Source of the DNA: Myxococcota bacterium
GTDB taxonomy: Bacteria; Myxococcota_A; UBA9160; UBA4427
Reading direction: 5' to 3'
Length of the DNA: 64,000 bases
Assembly: GCA_965223565.1 (NCBI GenBank)
Contig: CBDCWV010000018.1
Span: forward strand, 1,094,214-1,158,213
Shown: piece after piece, positions 35,198 through 43,783 of the stretch
Position numbering within the stretch: position 1 is the stretch's first letter
How the letters are laid out: every line of letters begins with the position of its first letter
Translations under genes and position numbers: made by a program
The notes under the pieces: generated by a model
Seen by the model: only the letters and a program-made list of their open reading frames with translations
The model's database searches: none
What the model was told of the DNA's origin: nothing

Positions 35198-36649
35198 TCA
35201 CTCACGCCGATTGCCGCACCGACCGCATGACATCAGTCGCATCCGTTCGGAGCCGACGCCTGCCAACACGAGCAGCCCCGTCGCAAGCATCGTGGCGAGG
35301 CCCGGCTCTGGAACGGCCGAGCAGACGCCGGCCGAACAAAAAGCCACGCTCGCACCGTCGCCGTCGTCACAGGGTGTCGCGTCCGGAAGGCCGACGCAGG
35401 AGCTCGGATGCGCCGTGGTGAGTGGATCCGCGCGGATCACGTAGGCCTGGTCCGCACCGGTCGAAGGAACGATGCTCCCCGTTCGGGCGCGAAACGCGAT
35501 CTGACCGTCGTTGTTGATGGCGCGCGAAGAGAGGTTGATTTCACGTACGAACCAACCGGGGATCGACGCGCTATTCGCACAGCGCACGCGATGGGCCGTC
35601 TCGCCGTCGGTCACGACGAGCGGCTCGCCGAATCGTCGGCTCGCCAGAGCGACCTCGGCATGACCGTTCAGAGAGGTCTGATTCGGGACGTAGTCGAATC
35701 CGGTCGTATCGAGTCCGTCGTCGAGACGAACCTCGCCCGCCAGGCGATCTTCGACGCGGAGTCGCCACGATGTACCGGGCACGTCGTAGATCTCTTCGAT
35801 GAAGGAGACGGCGGGTAGGATGATTCCGTTGAGCGACAGGCCTCGAAGGTACCGGTCGACCCCGTTCACGCTGACGAGCGGTACGCCGTCGTCGACCCAG
35901 ATGTGATATCGCGAATCCTCCCAGCCGATGGAGCCGAACCAGGGCTGCACACCGGGATGCATCACCCATTCCATCGGGTAGCCGCCGACCTCCACCGCGC
36001 TCTCGTCGCGACCGAAGAAGAGACCGGACTGGATCGATTGGCCGATCCGACTGCCACGGAACAGGATGTAGCCCGTGCTATTCGCGGTCGGTCCTTCCTC
36101 GACGTCGATCGATCCAGGGGGTCGGGTCGACTCGCTGACGGCGACGGGCTCCGCAGCGATCGCCAGCGACCGATCGAATCGCTTCCGGTAGAGACCGATG
36201 CCCCCACCGGCACCTCCGCCCTGGCTCAGCTGCGGATAGCCATGCCAGTAGATCCGGTCGTCGTCGCCGATGACCGGCGTCGTCAGCGCAGAGAACTGGG
36301 CTTCGGGATCCTCGGGCGCGCCGGAGCGCGCGACCGCGGACGAGATCGGGATGCCGGTACCGTCGACCGATCCGTCGCCGCTACGAATTTCGTTGATCGG
36401 CCATGCGCGGCGCGCCATGAATGCGACTCGCCCCCGGGAGTTGATCGTGGGCAGGCCATGGAGCCCCTCCGGAAACTGATCCGTACTCGCGATGACGGTG
36501 CAGTGATAGTCGACATCCTGGGCGACGATCTGGGCCGCCGCGGGAAGATTCACGAGCAGCACGAGAATCGCGAGAAGGGAGCCCTGTGCGACCCATGCCA
36601 GCCCGGTGCCTACCCCCTGCGCGACCTGGATCCGATGTATCTCGACCAT
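35198..36649 (-). CDS. PEP-CTERM protein with NxxGxxAF-type repeats
   Basis: AAGGAG Shine-Dalgarno. Signal/TM ...LLAILVLLVNLPAAAQ. Contains INSRGRVAF and INNDGQIAF (NxxGxxAF). C-terminus SAVPEPGLATMLATGLLVLAGVGSERMR plus a 12-aa tail containing a CxxC. Confidence 0.75.
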   Translation of the reverse strand: MVEIHRIQVAQGVGTGLAWVAQGSLLAILVLLVNLPAAAQIVAQDVDYHCTVIASTDQFPEGLHGLPTINSRGRVAFMARRAWPINEIRSGDGSVDGTGIPISSAVARSGAPEDPEAQFSALTTPVIGDDDRIYWHGYPQLSQGGGAGGGIGLYRKRFDRSLAIAAEPVAVSESTRPPGSIDVEEGPTANSTGYILFRGSRIGQSIQSGLFFGRDESAVEVGGYPMEWVMHPGVQPWFGSIGWEDSRYHIWVDDGVPLVSVNGVDRYLRGLSLNGIILPAVSFIEEIYDVPGTSWRLRVEDRLAGEVRLDDGLDTTGFDYVPNQTSLNGHAEVALASRRFGEPLVVTDGETAHRVRCANSASIPGWFVREINLSSRAINNDGQIAFRARTGSIVPSTGADQAYVIRADPLTTAHPSSCVGLPDATPCDDGDGASVAFCSAGVCSAVPEPGLATMLATGLLVLAGVGSERMRLMSCGRCGNRRE

Positions 36650-36795
36650 GACGTCTCCTTACGGTGTCTTCCAGTTCATGGGTAGTCGGACGACGAGATG
36701 GCTCGTGTGAGCTACTCCACAGAGAGAGAACGGTCAGTGGATGGTCAGGTAGACGGTCGTCGGGATGGCTTCGTGGACACCGGATCGATCTCTGC

Positions 36796-36824
36796 TTGAC
36801 GCCCCCTGCTTTCCGCTTCATAAA
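36796..36824 (+). promoter_or_regulatory. Sigma70-like promoter candidate for the 36862 gene
   Basis: TTGACG (36796..36801), 17 nt, CATAAA (36819..36824), lying 38 nt upstream of the ATG. Confidence 0.4.
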
Positions 36825-36861
36825 GAGGTTTGGAGCATCCGGATCCTCGAGGAGGGAAGCC

Positions 36862-38574
36862 ATGCGCGTCATGGGCATATTCGATCGTCGAACTCCGATC
36901 GGCCTCGCGTTCGCGACGGCCCTCGTCTCTGCCGCAATCACGAATACGGCGCAGGCCTTTCCACAGGGGCTGAACGACTGGGAGCAGCGCTATGGCGCGA
37001 TCTCGGCATCGGCCCAGAACGCGAGCTGTCAGCTCTGTCATGCGAACGCGAACGGTGGCTCGCCGTGGAACGCCTACGGTTGGGACATTCTGGAGGCGCT
37101 CGACGATCCCGCCGCTTGTGACCTCGACGGCGATGCTGCGGTTTCGAACGAAGAGGCCTTCTACTGCGTCGAGTCCGAGAATGCGGACGGCGATTCGGGC
37201 GACAACTCGAATCTCGACGAGACCCGCGTCGGTACCCAGCCAGGCTGGACGCAGGGTGAGAACAACACGCTCTATTCGCGATCCGGCACGATCCCGAGCC
37301 AGCCCGCACCGACGGAGATCGGCCCGCTCGATCCGGACGGGACGGAGCCGATTCCACCGGACGTCCCCGACCCGCCGGGTGAGGAGCCGCCGGTCGGTCC
37401 GCAGCGCTTCCTGCAGTTCGTTCGCCCGGGCCAATCGATCCAGGCGGCAATCGATCGCGCGAAGACCGGTGGCTGGATCCTGGTCGCGCCCGGGACCTAC
37501 CGCGAGCTCGGCGACCCGACCAATGGCCTGAACATCACACGCAGCGTGAACCTGATCGGTCTCTCGCGTCGCAATCGACGCGTCGTCTTCGAGAACGCTG
37601 GCAACCAGCGAAACGGAATCGTCGCCGTCCCCGAAGATCGCGTGGACTGCATGCAATGCCACACCAGCATGGGGCCACCCTTTCCGACACACGAGGGCGT
37701 CGAAGGGGGGCTCAAGATGCGGGAGCCGATGATCCGTGGCCTGCGGATCGCCGGCATCACGATCAAGGGCTTCCGAAACAACGGGCTCTTTACCGAAAAC
37801 GTCGACGGCTTTCGGATCTTCGACGTCCACTCGGTCGACAACCGCAACTACGGGATCTTCCCCACGCTCTCGAAGAACGGAATCATCGCGGCAAGTCGCG
37901 CCAGCGGATCGGATCTCGACAGCGGCATCTGGGTCGAAACCTCGGAGAACGTGCTCGTCGTCGGCAATATCGCCGAGGGCAACGTCAATGGCTTCGAGGT
38001 CTCGAACAGCGACGACATCGTTCTGAGACACAACCTCGCGCGGAACAATACGGTCGGCGCCGCGATCCTACTGCTGCCGGACATCTTCGACGATCGGCCC
38101 GGCGCCAAACGGATCGACCTCGTGGGCAACTGGTTCATCGACAACAACAAACCGAATACGGCACGTCCAGGATCGATCCTGTCGTTCATTCCGGCTGGGA
38201 TCGGCGTTCTCTCTACGGGCGTCGACGATTCACTGATCCAGCGCAACGTGGTCATGGGCAACGACTTCACCGGTATCGCGATCGCGGACTACTGTGCGAC
38301 CGTCGCGGGGACGCCCTTCGACTGTGCGCTCGATCCTTCCGTTGCGCCCGAGTTCCTCGCCGATCAGCACTCCGCGAACAACACCGTGCGGAGAAACATC
38401 CTGATCGACAACGGGACTGCTCCCGGTGAAGACAACCCGTTTGGCTTCGCGGCCGCCGATCTGACGATGCTGACGGTCGCGCCACCCGATCAGGGCGATC
38501 ACGGCAACTGTTACGAAGACAATCTCTTCGAGACGTTCTTCTCGCTGATCGGGGCTCTGCCGGCCTGCGAGTAG
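36862..38574 (+). CDS. Secreted parallel beta-helix (NosD-like) protein with two CxxCH motifs
   Basis: GGAGGG Shine-Dalgarno. Signal ...SAAITNTAQA. CQLCH (37027..37041) and CMQCH (37648..37662). EF-hand/dockerin-like loop DLDGDAAVSNEE. The C-terminal two-thirds consists of beta-helix repeats (NYGIFP, DSGIWV, VNGFEV, TVGAAI, FTGIAI). Confidence 0.8.
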   Translation: MRVMGIFDRRTPIGLAFATALVSAAITNTAQAFPQGLNDWEQRYGAISASAQNASCQLCHANANGGSPWNAYGWDILEALDDPAACDLDGDAAVSNEEAFYCVESENADGDSGDNSNLDETRVGTQPGWTQGENNTLYSRSGTIPSQPAPTEIGPLDPDGTEPIPPDVPDPPGEEPPVGPQRFLQFVRPGQSIQAAIDRAKTGGWILVAPGTYRELGDPTNGLNITRSVNLIGLSRRNRRVVFENAGNQRNGIVAVPEDRVDCMQCHTSMGPPFPTHEGVEGGLKMREPMIRGLRIAGITIKGFRNNGLFTENVDGFRIFDVHSVDNRNYGIFPTLSKNGIIAASRASGSDLDSGIWVETSENVLVVGNIAEGNVNGFEVSNSDDIVLRHNLARNNTVGAAILLLPDIFDDRPGAKRIDLVGNWFIDNNKPNTARPGSILSFIPAGIGVLSTGVDDSLIQRNVVMGNDFTGIAIADYCATVAGTPFDCALDPSVAPEFLADQHSANNTVRRNILIDNGTAPGEDNPFGFAAADLTMLTVAPPDQGDHGNCYEDNLFETFFSLIGALPACE

Positions 38575-38744
38575 GCTGGGTCGGGCGACAGGCGTTCCCG
38601 CCGCACGTGTTCCCGAGTGCGTCGACGCCCGAGCTGACGGGTCCACACATCCGAGTCGACTGATCGTGAAGTCGTCGACAACGCCTCTGCACAGGGTGAT
38701 ACTCGCGCGCCGCTGAGTGATTGGTGTCTCGAGGAGCTTCGGCC

Positions 38745-39914
38745 ATGATCATCGACGTCGATTCTCATTTCGAACCGGGCAACGACTGGCTGACCCCCTA
38801 TCCCGATCTCGCGCGTAAGCTGCCCGAGCTCGACCCTCGGCTGCTCGCGATCGATGCGATCGCAGGCGACTTGCTTCGCGGGGTGCCCGAGGCGGATCGC
38901 CCGTCGACCGAGGATCTGGCTCCGCCCGGTCTGTTCGAGCTCTATGACGAGGAGAAGGCGTCCGAGCGTGAGCGGCGCGAGGAGTTCGAAGGGAAGGACC
39001 AGTTCCAGATCGCGAACGCGGCCGCGCGTGTGAAGTGGCTGGACGCCCAGGGTATCGATCGCCAACACGTGATCTGTCTGTCGGGCATCGCCTATGGGAT
39101 CCAGGTCGACGATCCGTCGCTCCGCCGCGAGGTGATTCGTGCTTGTAATACCTGGCTCGCGGATACCTGCGACGAAGGTGGCGAGCGGCTCGTGCCCGTT
39201 ACGGCGCTCGAATACGGGGATCTCGACTTCGTCGTCGACGAGCTCACGCGAATGCGCGCGCGGGGTAGCCGGATCTTCCTCGTACCGGCCTATCCCGTGA
39301 ATGGCGTGCCGCCGAGCCACCCGAGCTGGGATCGGGTGTGGGCGGCCGCGTGCGACCTGGCGATGGTGCCGATGCTCCATACGGGCTTCGAGCGGATGTG
39401 GTTCGATCCGGGCTGGGCGAATCAGAATGGAGACGTCACGCTCTTGCGCATGCTCTGCGGAGCCCATCGCCACGTCGCGCCCACGACTCTGATCAACGCG
39501 CTCATCTACTCGGGCGTCTTCGAACGATTTCCGAAGCTGACGCTGCTGCTCGCCGAGGTCGGTACGGGATGGCTGCCCTTCCTGTATCGCGAGATCGACG
39601 ACCGTGTCTCGCCCGTGGCCGAGCTCTTCGTCGGCAAGTCGAGCCTTCCGCTCAAGCCGAGCGAGTACCTCGCGCGAAACGTCAAAGCGACGCCGCTGGA
39701 CGGCGGCAACGACTCGCCGCTGACCCAGATCATGAGCGAGCTACCCGACGAGATGCTCGTCTTCTCCTCCGACTTTCCGCATTTCGAGGGCTTCACGGAT
39801 CCGATGGGCCACTACGCGGAGACGCTCGCAGTGCTCGATTCCGTCCAGCGCGAGCGTTTCATGGGCGGCACGATCGCCGACGTGTTCGCGCGGGTCGGTG
39901 ATCCGGTCGTGTAG
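38745..39914 (+). CDS. Amidohydrolase-2 family protein
   Basis: GAGGAG lies 8 nt upstream. Contains MIIDVDSHFEP... and ...VFSSDFPHFEG. Confidence 0.85.
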   Translation: MIIDVDSHFEPGNDWLTPYPDLARKLPELDPRLLAIDAIAGDLLRGVPEADRPSTEDLAPPGLFELYDEEKASERERREEFEGKDQFQIANAAARVKWLDAQGIDRQHVICLSGIAYGIQVDDPSLRREVIRACNTWLADTCDEGGERLVPVTALEYGDLDFVVDELTRMRARGSRIFLVPAYPVNGVPPSHPSWDRVWAAACDLAMVPMLHTGFERMWFDPGWANQNGDVTLLRMLCGAHRHVAPTTLINALIYSGVFERFPKLTLLLAEVGTGWLPFLYREIDDRVSPVAELFVGKSSLPLKPSEYLARNVKATPLDGGNDSPLTQIMSELPDEMLVFSSDFPHFEGFTDPMGHYAETLAVLDSVQRERFMGGTIADVFARVGDPVV

Positions 39915-39931
39915 GGGGAGGGCGCCTCGGC

Positions 39932-40462
39932 ATGAACGCCGTCGTTCGCCAGATCGTCTCGAAGTCGATGAAGCAGGTGGCGGGCCACGGTGTGGGTCTC
40001 GACGAGTCGAACCGCCTCTGCTTCCCCGACGGCCTCGATCCCGATCGGGTCCATCGCTTCATCGATCTCGTGATGGACGAGCGCCACCCGACGCCGCTCG
40101 CCGCGCTACGGGCACTCTTCGAGCAGGTCGGAGTCCCGGCGGCGGCGATCGAAGCGCTCGGCGAGGTCCTGACGGACGACGGTGCGCTCGACCTGAACGG
40201 AATCGGGCGCCGCCCCGTACACCTTGCGGCCTCGTTGCCGAGCGTCCGCCAGATTCCTGAGGCCTTCAGGCGCTTTCTGGTCGATGGACTCGGTTTGGCG
40301 AAAGCAGACGACGAGACACTCGAGGAGGCCGTCGTTTCGACGCGCGAGCAGGCAGCGGCCTCGATCGGATGCGCGCCCGACTGGGATGCGATCCTCGGAC
40401 ACGAAACGGCCGTACGCGCGTTGTCCGCGCAGTGGCGCGAGCGCGCGTTGGCGAGCCGCTAG
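39932..40462 (+). CDS. Hypothetical protein (176 aa)
   Basis: GGGGGAGGG Shine-Dalgarno and GC-rich third positions. No recognisable family. It lies 17 nt after the amidohydrolase gene. Confidence 0.5.
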   Translation: MNAVVRQIVSKSMKQVAGHGVGLDESNRLCFPDGLDPDRVHRFIDLVMDERHPTPLAALRALFEQVGVPAAAIEALGEVLTDDGALDLNGIGRRPVHLAASLPSVRQIPEAFRRFLVDGLGLAKADDETLEEAVVSTREQAAASIGCAPDWDAILGHETAVRALSAQWRERALASR

Positions 40463-40499
40463 CTCGACGGGACGCGACTTCTTGCGCGAGAGGCACGCC

Positions 40500-41411
40500 T
40501 CAGCAGTCATCGTTCGAGTTGAGAAGGATCGAGACGCGCTCGGTCTCGGGCAGGACGGAGCGGACTCGAAGCTCGACGTCGTCGAGGACCGACTCGATCT
40601 CCGCGGTATCGAGATTCTCTGCGAGATCCAGGTCGGCATCGACCAGGACCGTCGAGGCGCCCGCGAAGACGGCGGCCAGCCGATTGATGGCCTCCACGCT
40701 CGGCGTTTCACGCACGACCCGGTGAAGCCGCGCGAGGTCTTCCTCCGCGAGCGCCTGGCCGACGATGAGCGCCCTGGCTTGGCCGATCAGGACGAGCGAT
40801 GCCAGACACATCAGCAGCGCTGCACCGAGCGCACCGACGGCGTCGAATGCCACGAGTCCGAGGGCCTGGTAGAGGAGAAGCGCGATGAGGCCGAGGACGC
40901 TCGTCGTCGTGCCGATGGTGTCGCGTAGCAACGCGCTCTTGACGAGTGGCCGGTCGAAGCCGCGCAGGGCCCGTCGCAGACTGCCGTCTTCGGCTGCGAG
41001 CTTTCGAGCGCTCAGCTTTACAGCGTAACCGTTGGTCATGATGGAAACGACCAGAACGGCCAGGGCGAGAGAAGGACTCTCGATCGGCTCGGGCTCGACG
41101 AGCTGGCGATAACCGCGCCAGGCCGAGAGGCCGACCCCGACGACCAGCATCACGACGGCCGACAGCAGGCCCCAGAAGAAGGCCTCCCGCGCGTAGCCGA
41201 ATGGGTGCGCCGTGTCGCGCGGCCGTGAGGCGCGGCGCTCTCCGACCACGAGGAGCAGCGAGCCGACGCTATCGGCGAGTCCCTGCGCCATCTCCGCGAA
41301 GATGACGGCGCTCCCGGTCAGGAGCGCCACCGTCAGATTCGTCGCGATGTCGAGAAGATCGACGAAGAGCGAGAAGGCGAGAACGCGCCGCGACGAAATG
41401 GGAGCTGCCAT
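40500..41411 (-). CDS. Cation diffusion facilitator (CDF) family metal efflux transporter
   Basis: FSLFVDLLDIATNLTVALLTGSAVIFAEMAQGLADS...HPFGYAREAFFWGL, six TMs and a C-terminal cytoplasmic domain. Confidence 0.85.
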   Translation of the reverse strand: MAAPISSRRVLAFSLFVDLLDIATNLTVALLTGSAVIFAEMAQGLADSVGSLLLVVGERRASRPRDTAHPFGYAREAFFWGLLSAVVMLVVGVGLSAWRGYRQLVEPEPIESPSLALAVLVVSIMTNGYAVKLSARKLAAEDGSLRRALRGFDRPLVKSALLRDTIGTTTSVLGLIALLLYQALGLVAFDAVGALGAALLMCLASLVLIGQARALIVGQALAEEDLARLHRVVRETPSVEAINRLAAVFAGASTVLVDADLDLAENLDTAEIESVLDDVELRVRSVLPETERVSILLNSNDDC

Positions 41412-41435
41412 CGGAATGGCCGCGGCGCGCTCGAC

Positions 41436-42947
41436 TCAACGCTCCGAGACCGGCGGCGCAGCCACCTGGGGAAGCGGCGACTCGGCACCGTAGTAGGTCG
41501 CTGAAATCGTGACGTCGATTCGGCGATTCTGTGCTCTTCCCTCGGGCGTGCGATTCGAGGCGAGTGGCTCGCCGAAGCCGCGACCGACCGCCGCGATCTG
41601 ATCGGGGTCGATGGTCTCGTTCGCGACCAGATAGTCCCGAACGGCGTCGGCGCGAAGCTCGGACAAGTGATCGTTGAACTCCGCCGAGCCCGTTGCATCG
41701 GTGTGCCCCTCGATGACGACTCTCGGATCGCCGAACGCGCGAATCGCCCGTTGTACCTTGCTCAGGAGCTGATAGGAATCGGGCTGGAGGACGTGCTCGC
41801 CGACCGGGAACTGCACCTGACGGAGGCGAATCACGAGCTGCTGTCCCTGCTTGTAGACCTCGGCCTCGCCCGGCTCGAAGTAGGCACTCACCTCGTCGTA
41901 GAGCTCGTTGAATCGACGCTCGGCTTCGAGGCGGGCGACCTCCTGTTGCTCCGCAGCCGTCTCGCCCTCGAGCTGTGCGATTCTCTGCTGGGTCTCGTCG
42001 ACTTCAGACCGCAGCTCCCGGTTTCGCTCCACGAGATAGTTGCGATCGTTGCGGAGCTCGGTCGTGCCCCTCAGCAGGGCCTCACGGCGGGTTTCGGGAG
42101 ATTGATTCCGCAGGTCGGGCAGCCCGAGGGACTGCGCCAGCTCGTGCAGCCGATGCTCTTCCTCGAGATACAGCGCTTCGGCCGAGGTCGACCGAATCCG
42201 CTTGGCCTCCGCGGTCGAGTGCGACAATCTCTGCGCCTCGAAGAGGGCACTCTGGGCCAGCTCGTTCGCCCGCGAGCGCGCGTAGCGATTCTGCGTGATG
42301 AACTGATCGGCCTCGGCGAGACGAGTCTCCGCCTGGGCGAGGATCGTGGGAGCCAGGCGCTCCGCGTCGTCCGCGCGCGCCTTCGCGATCAGGTCGCGAA
42401 CTTCCTTGAGGGTCGTCTCTTTGATGGCCTGGAGCTCGACGTCGCGAAACGTGCTCGCGACCGCGTCCTGCTTGCTCTTCGCCCAGCTCGTGTCGTCGTT
42501 TTCGACCGCTCGCGTGAGCTCGAGGAATCGCTGCTCGACCCGGGTATAGGGAGCGCCCAGAGCGGGTGCGCCTGCGGCGCGCGCATCCTCTCGCGCCTCG
42601 ATCGCACGAGGCAGGGTGACCCGCGTGATCTCGGCGAACTCTTCTGCCCGCTCGAGCTGCGCCAGACCCTCGGCCACGTTGCCCAGGATCGACTCGACGG
42701 ACTCACCTTCGGAGAGGAGCCGCCTCGCTTCGTCCAGAGAGGCCTCTGCGTTCGCAAACCAGGTCGGCGCGAGTGATTGTGTGTCCAGCTGGCGAGCTGC
42801 CTCGAGCTTCTCTTCCAGTCGGCCGACCTCTTCGCTGGGGGCGGCACTGAGCGGGATATCCTCCACCTGCAGCGGCAGCCCCGCACACGCGAGAACGAAC
42901 GTGCTCGCTACGATCGAGATCAGTCGTTTCGAAATGGGCGATGTCAT
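41436..42947 (-). CDS. OmpA-family lipoprotein with a long coiled-coil N-terminal region
   Basis: AGGAGGG Shine-Dalgarno before ATG 42947. Lipobox ...ASTFVLACAG. About 330 aa rich in E/A/R/L heptad-like sequence. C-terminal OmpA domain VVIEGHTDATGSAEFNDHLSELRADAVRDYL...NRRIDV. Confidence 0.85.
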   Translation of the reverse strand: MTSPISKRLISIVASTFVLACAGLPLQVEDIPLSAAPSEEVGRLEEKLEAARQLDTQSLAPTWFANAEASLDEARRLLSEGESVESILGNVAEGLAQLERAEEFAEITRVTLPRAIEAREDARAAGAPALGAPYTRVEQRFLELTRAVENDDTSWAKSKQDAVASTFRDVELQAIKETTLKEVRDLIAKARADDAERLAPTILAQAETRLAEADQFITQNRYARSRANELAQSALFEAQRLSHSTAEAKRIRSTSAEALYLEEEHRLHELAQSLGLPDLRNQSPETRREALLRGTTELRNDRNYLVERNRELRSEVDETQQRIAQLEGETAAEQQEVARLEAERRFNELYDEVSAYFEPGEAEVYKQGQQLVIRLRQVQFPVGEHVLQPDSYQLLSKVQRAIRAFGDPRVVIEGHTDATGSAEFNDHLSELRADAVRDYLVANETIDPDQIAAVGRGFGEPLASNRTPEGRAQNRRIDVTISATYYGAESPLPQVAAPPVSER

Positions 42948-43603
42948 GGTCGAGACCCTCCTGGGCTCTCGAGATGCACAGGCTGTGCCAAACACTCGGA
43001 TGACTCGGATTTCGACGTCAGGCGGCCGATTTTGATCGCGTTTCGAACGAGCGGCGACGAGAGATGCCGCGTCGGGCACGATGCCGCCGAGCTTTGCGAG
43101 GCGTGGCGTTTTGCGCCTCGACTGTGGCGTTCGACCTCGGGTCGCCTGCTGGATGCGCGAGTGGTGGCGGCGCGGTGCAGCGTCTCTGACAGAGTTCGGT
43201 GTAATGACGTCCCGAGTGCGCACCGATAGAGCATCGTCGCGCCTAGCACGAGCAGCACGCCCAGCCGTACGAGCAGCCAGCCGTCCTCGATCGTCGGTAC
43301 CGCATTGCTGGTCGCGGTGGTGAACACCCGGAAGCCGTCGAGGTTGCCACCCGCGCCACCAGAGATCTCGAGTGAGTCGATCGTCAGGACGAAGGCGCCG
43401 AGGTCGACGACGAGCTCGACATGGGGGAGCGGCTCGATCTGGACGGTCCCGCTGGTCGACACGACAGCGGCGTTCGTCGGGAGCGGTGGAACGGTTCCGA
43501 GCCCGAGCCCGTAGACGAGGGACGGTGGAGGATACGAGGCAGCAGCATGAGGATCTCCGAAGGCCGCGCGTCCCACTGTCCCATCCCCCTCTCGTGATGT
43601 CAT
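42944..43603 (-). CDS. Hypothetical protein (219 aa) with one C-proximal TM segment; its stop overlaps the OmpA start (ATGA)
   Basis: It is the 3' part of the otherwise spurious 770-aa track ORF. GGGAGG lies 11 nt upstream of ATG 43603. Third positions are GC-rich in the first ~130 codons and weaker in the basic tail. ...AVPTIEDGWLLVRLGVLLVLGATMLYR resembles a degenerate PEP-CTERM-like anchor. Confidence 0.4.
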   Translation of the reverse strand: MTSREGDGTVGRAAFGDPHAAASYPPPSLVYGLGLGTVPPLPTNAAVVSTSGTVQIEPLPHVELVVDLGAFVLTIDSLEISGGAGGNLDGFRVFTTATSNAVPTIEDGWLLVRLGVLLVLGATMLYRCALGTSLHRTLSETLHRAATTRASSRRPEVERHSRGAKRHASQSSAASCPTRHLSSPLVRNAIKIGRLTSKSESSECLAQPVHLESPGGSRP

Positions 43604-43783
43604 CGTGCCAGCCCCCTCCCGGCGTCGGCCCGCTGTCGCCGAGAGTTCATGGCGCCGTAACTTGTTCACTCCTTCGTCACTTATTTGACACATTCCGCTG
43701 GCACGATGCGCACCGCGTCTGGCCTTGAAGCGCACCGCCCCGGGTCGACGGACGCACCGAAATCCGCCAAAGGAGGTGTCTAC

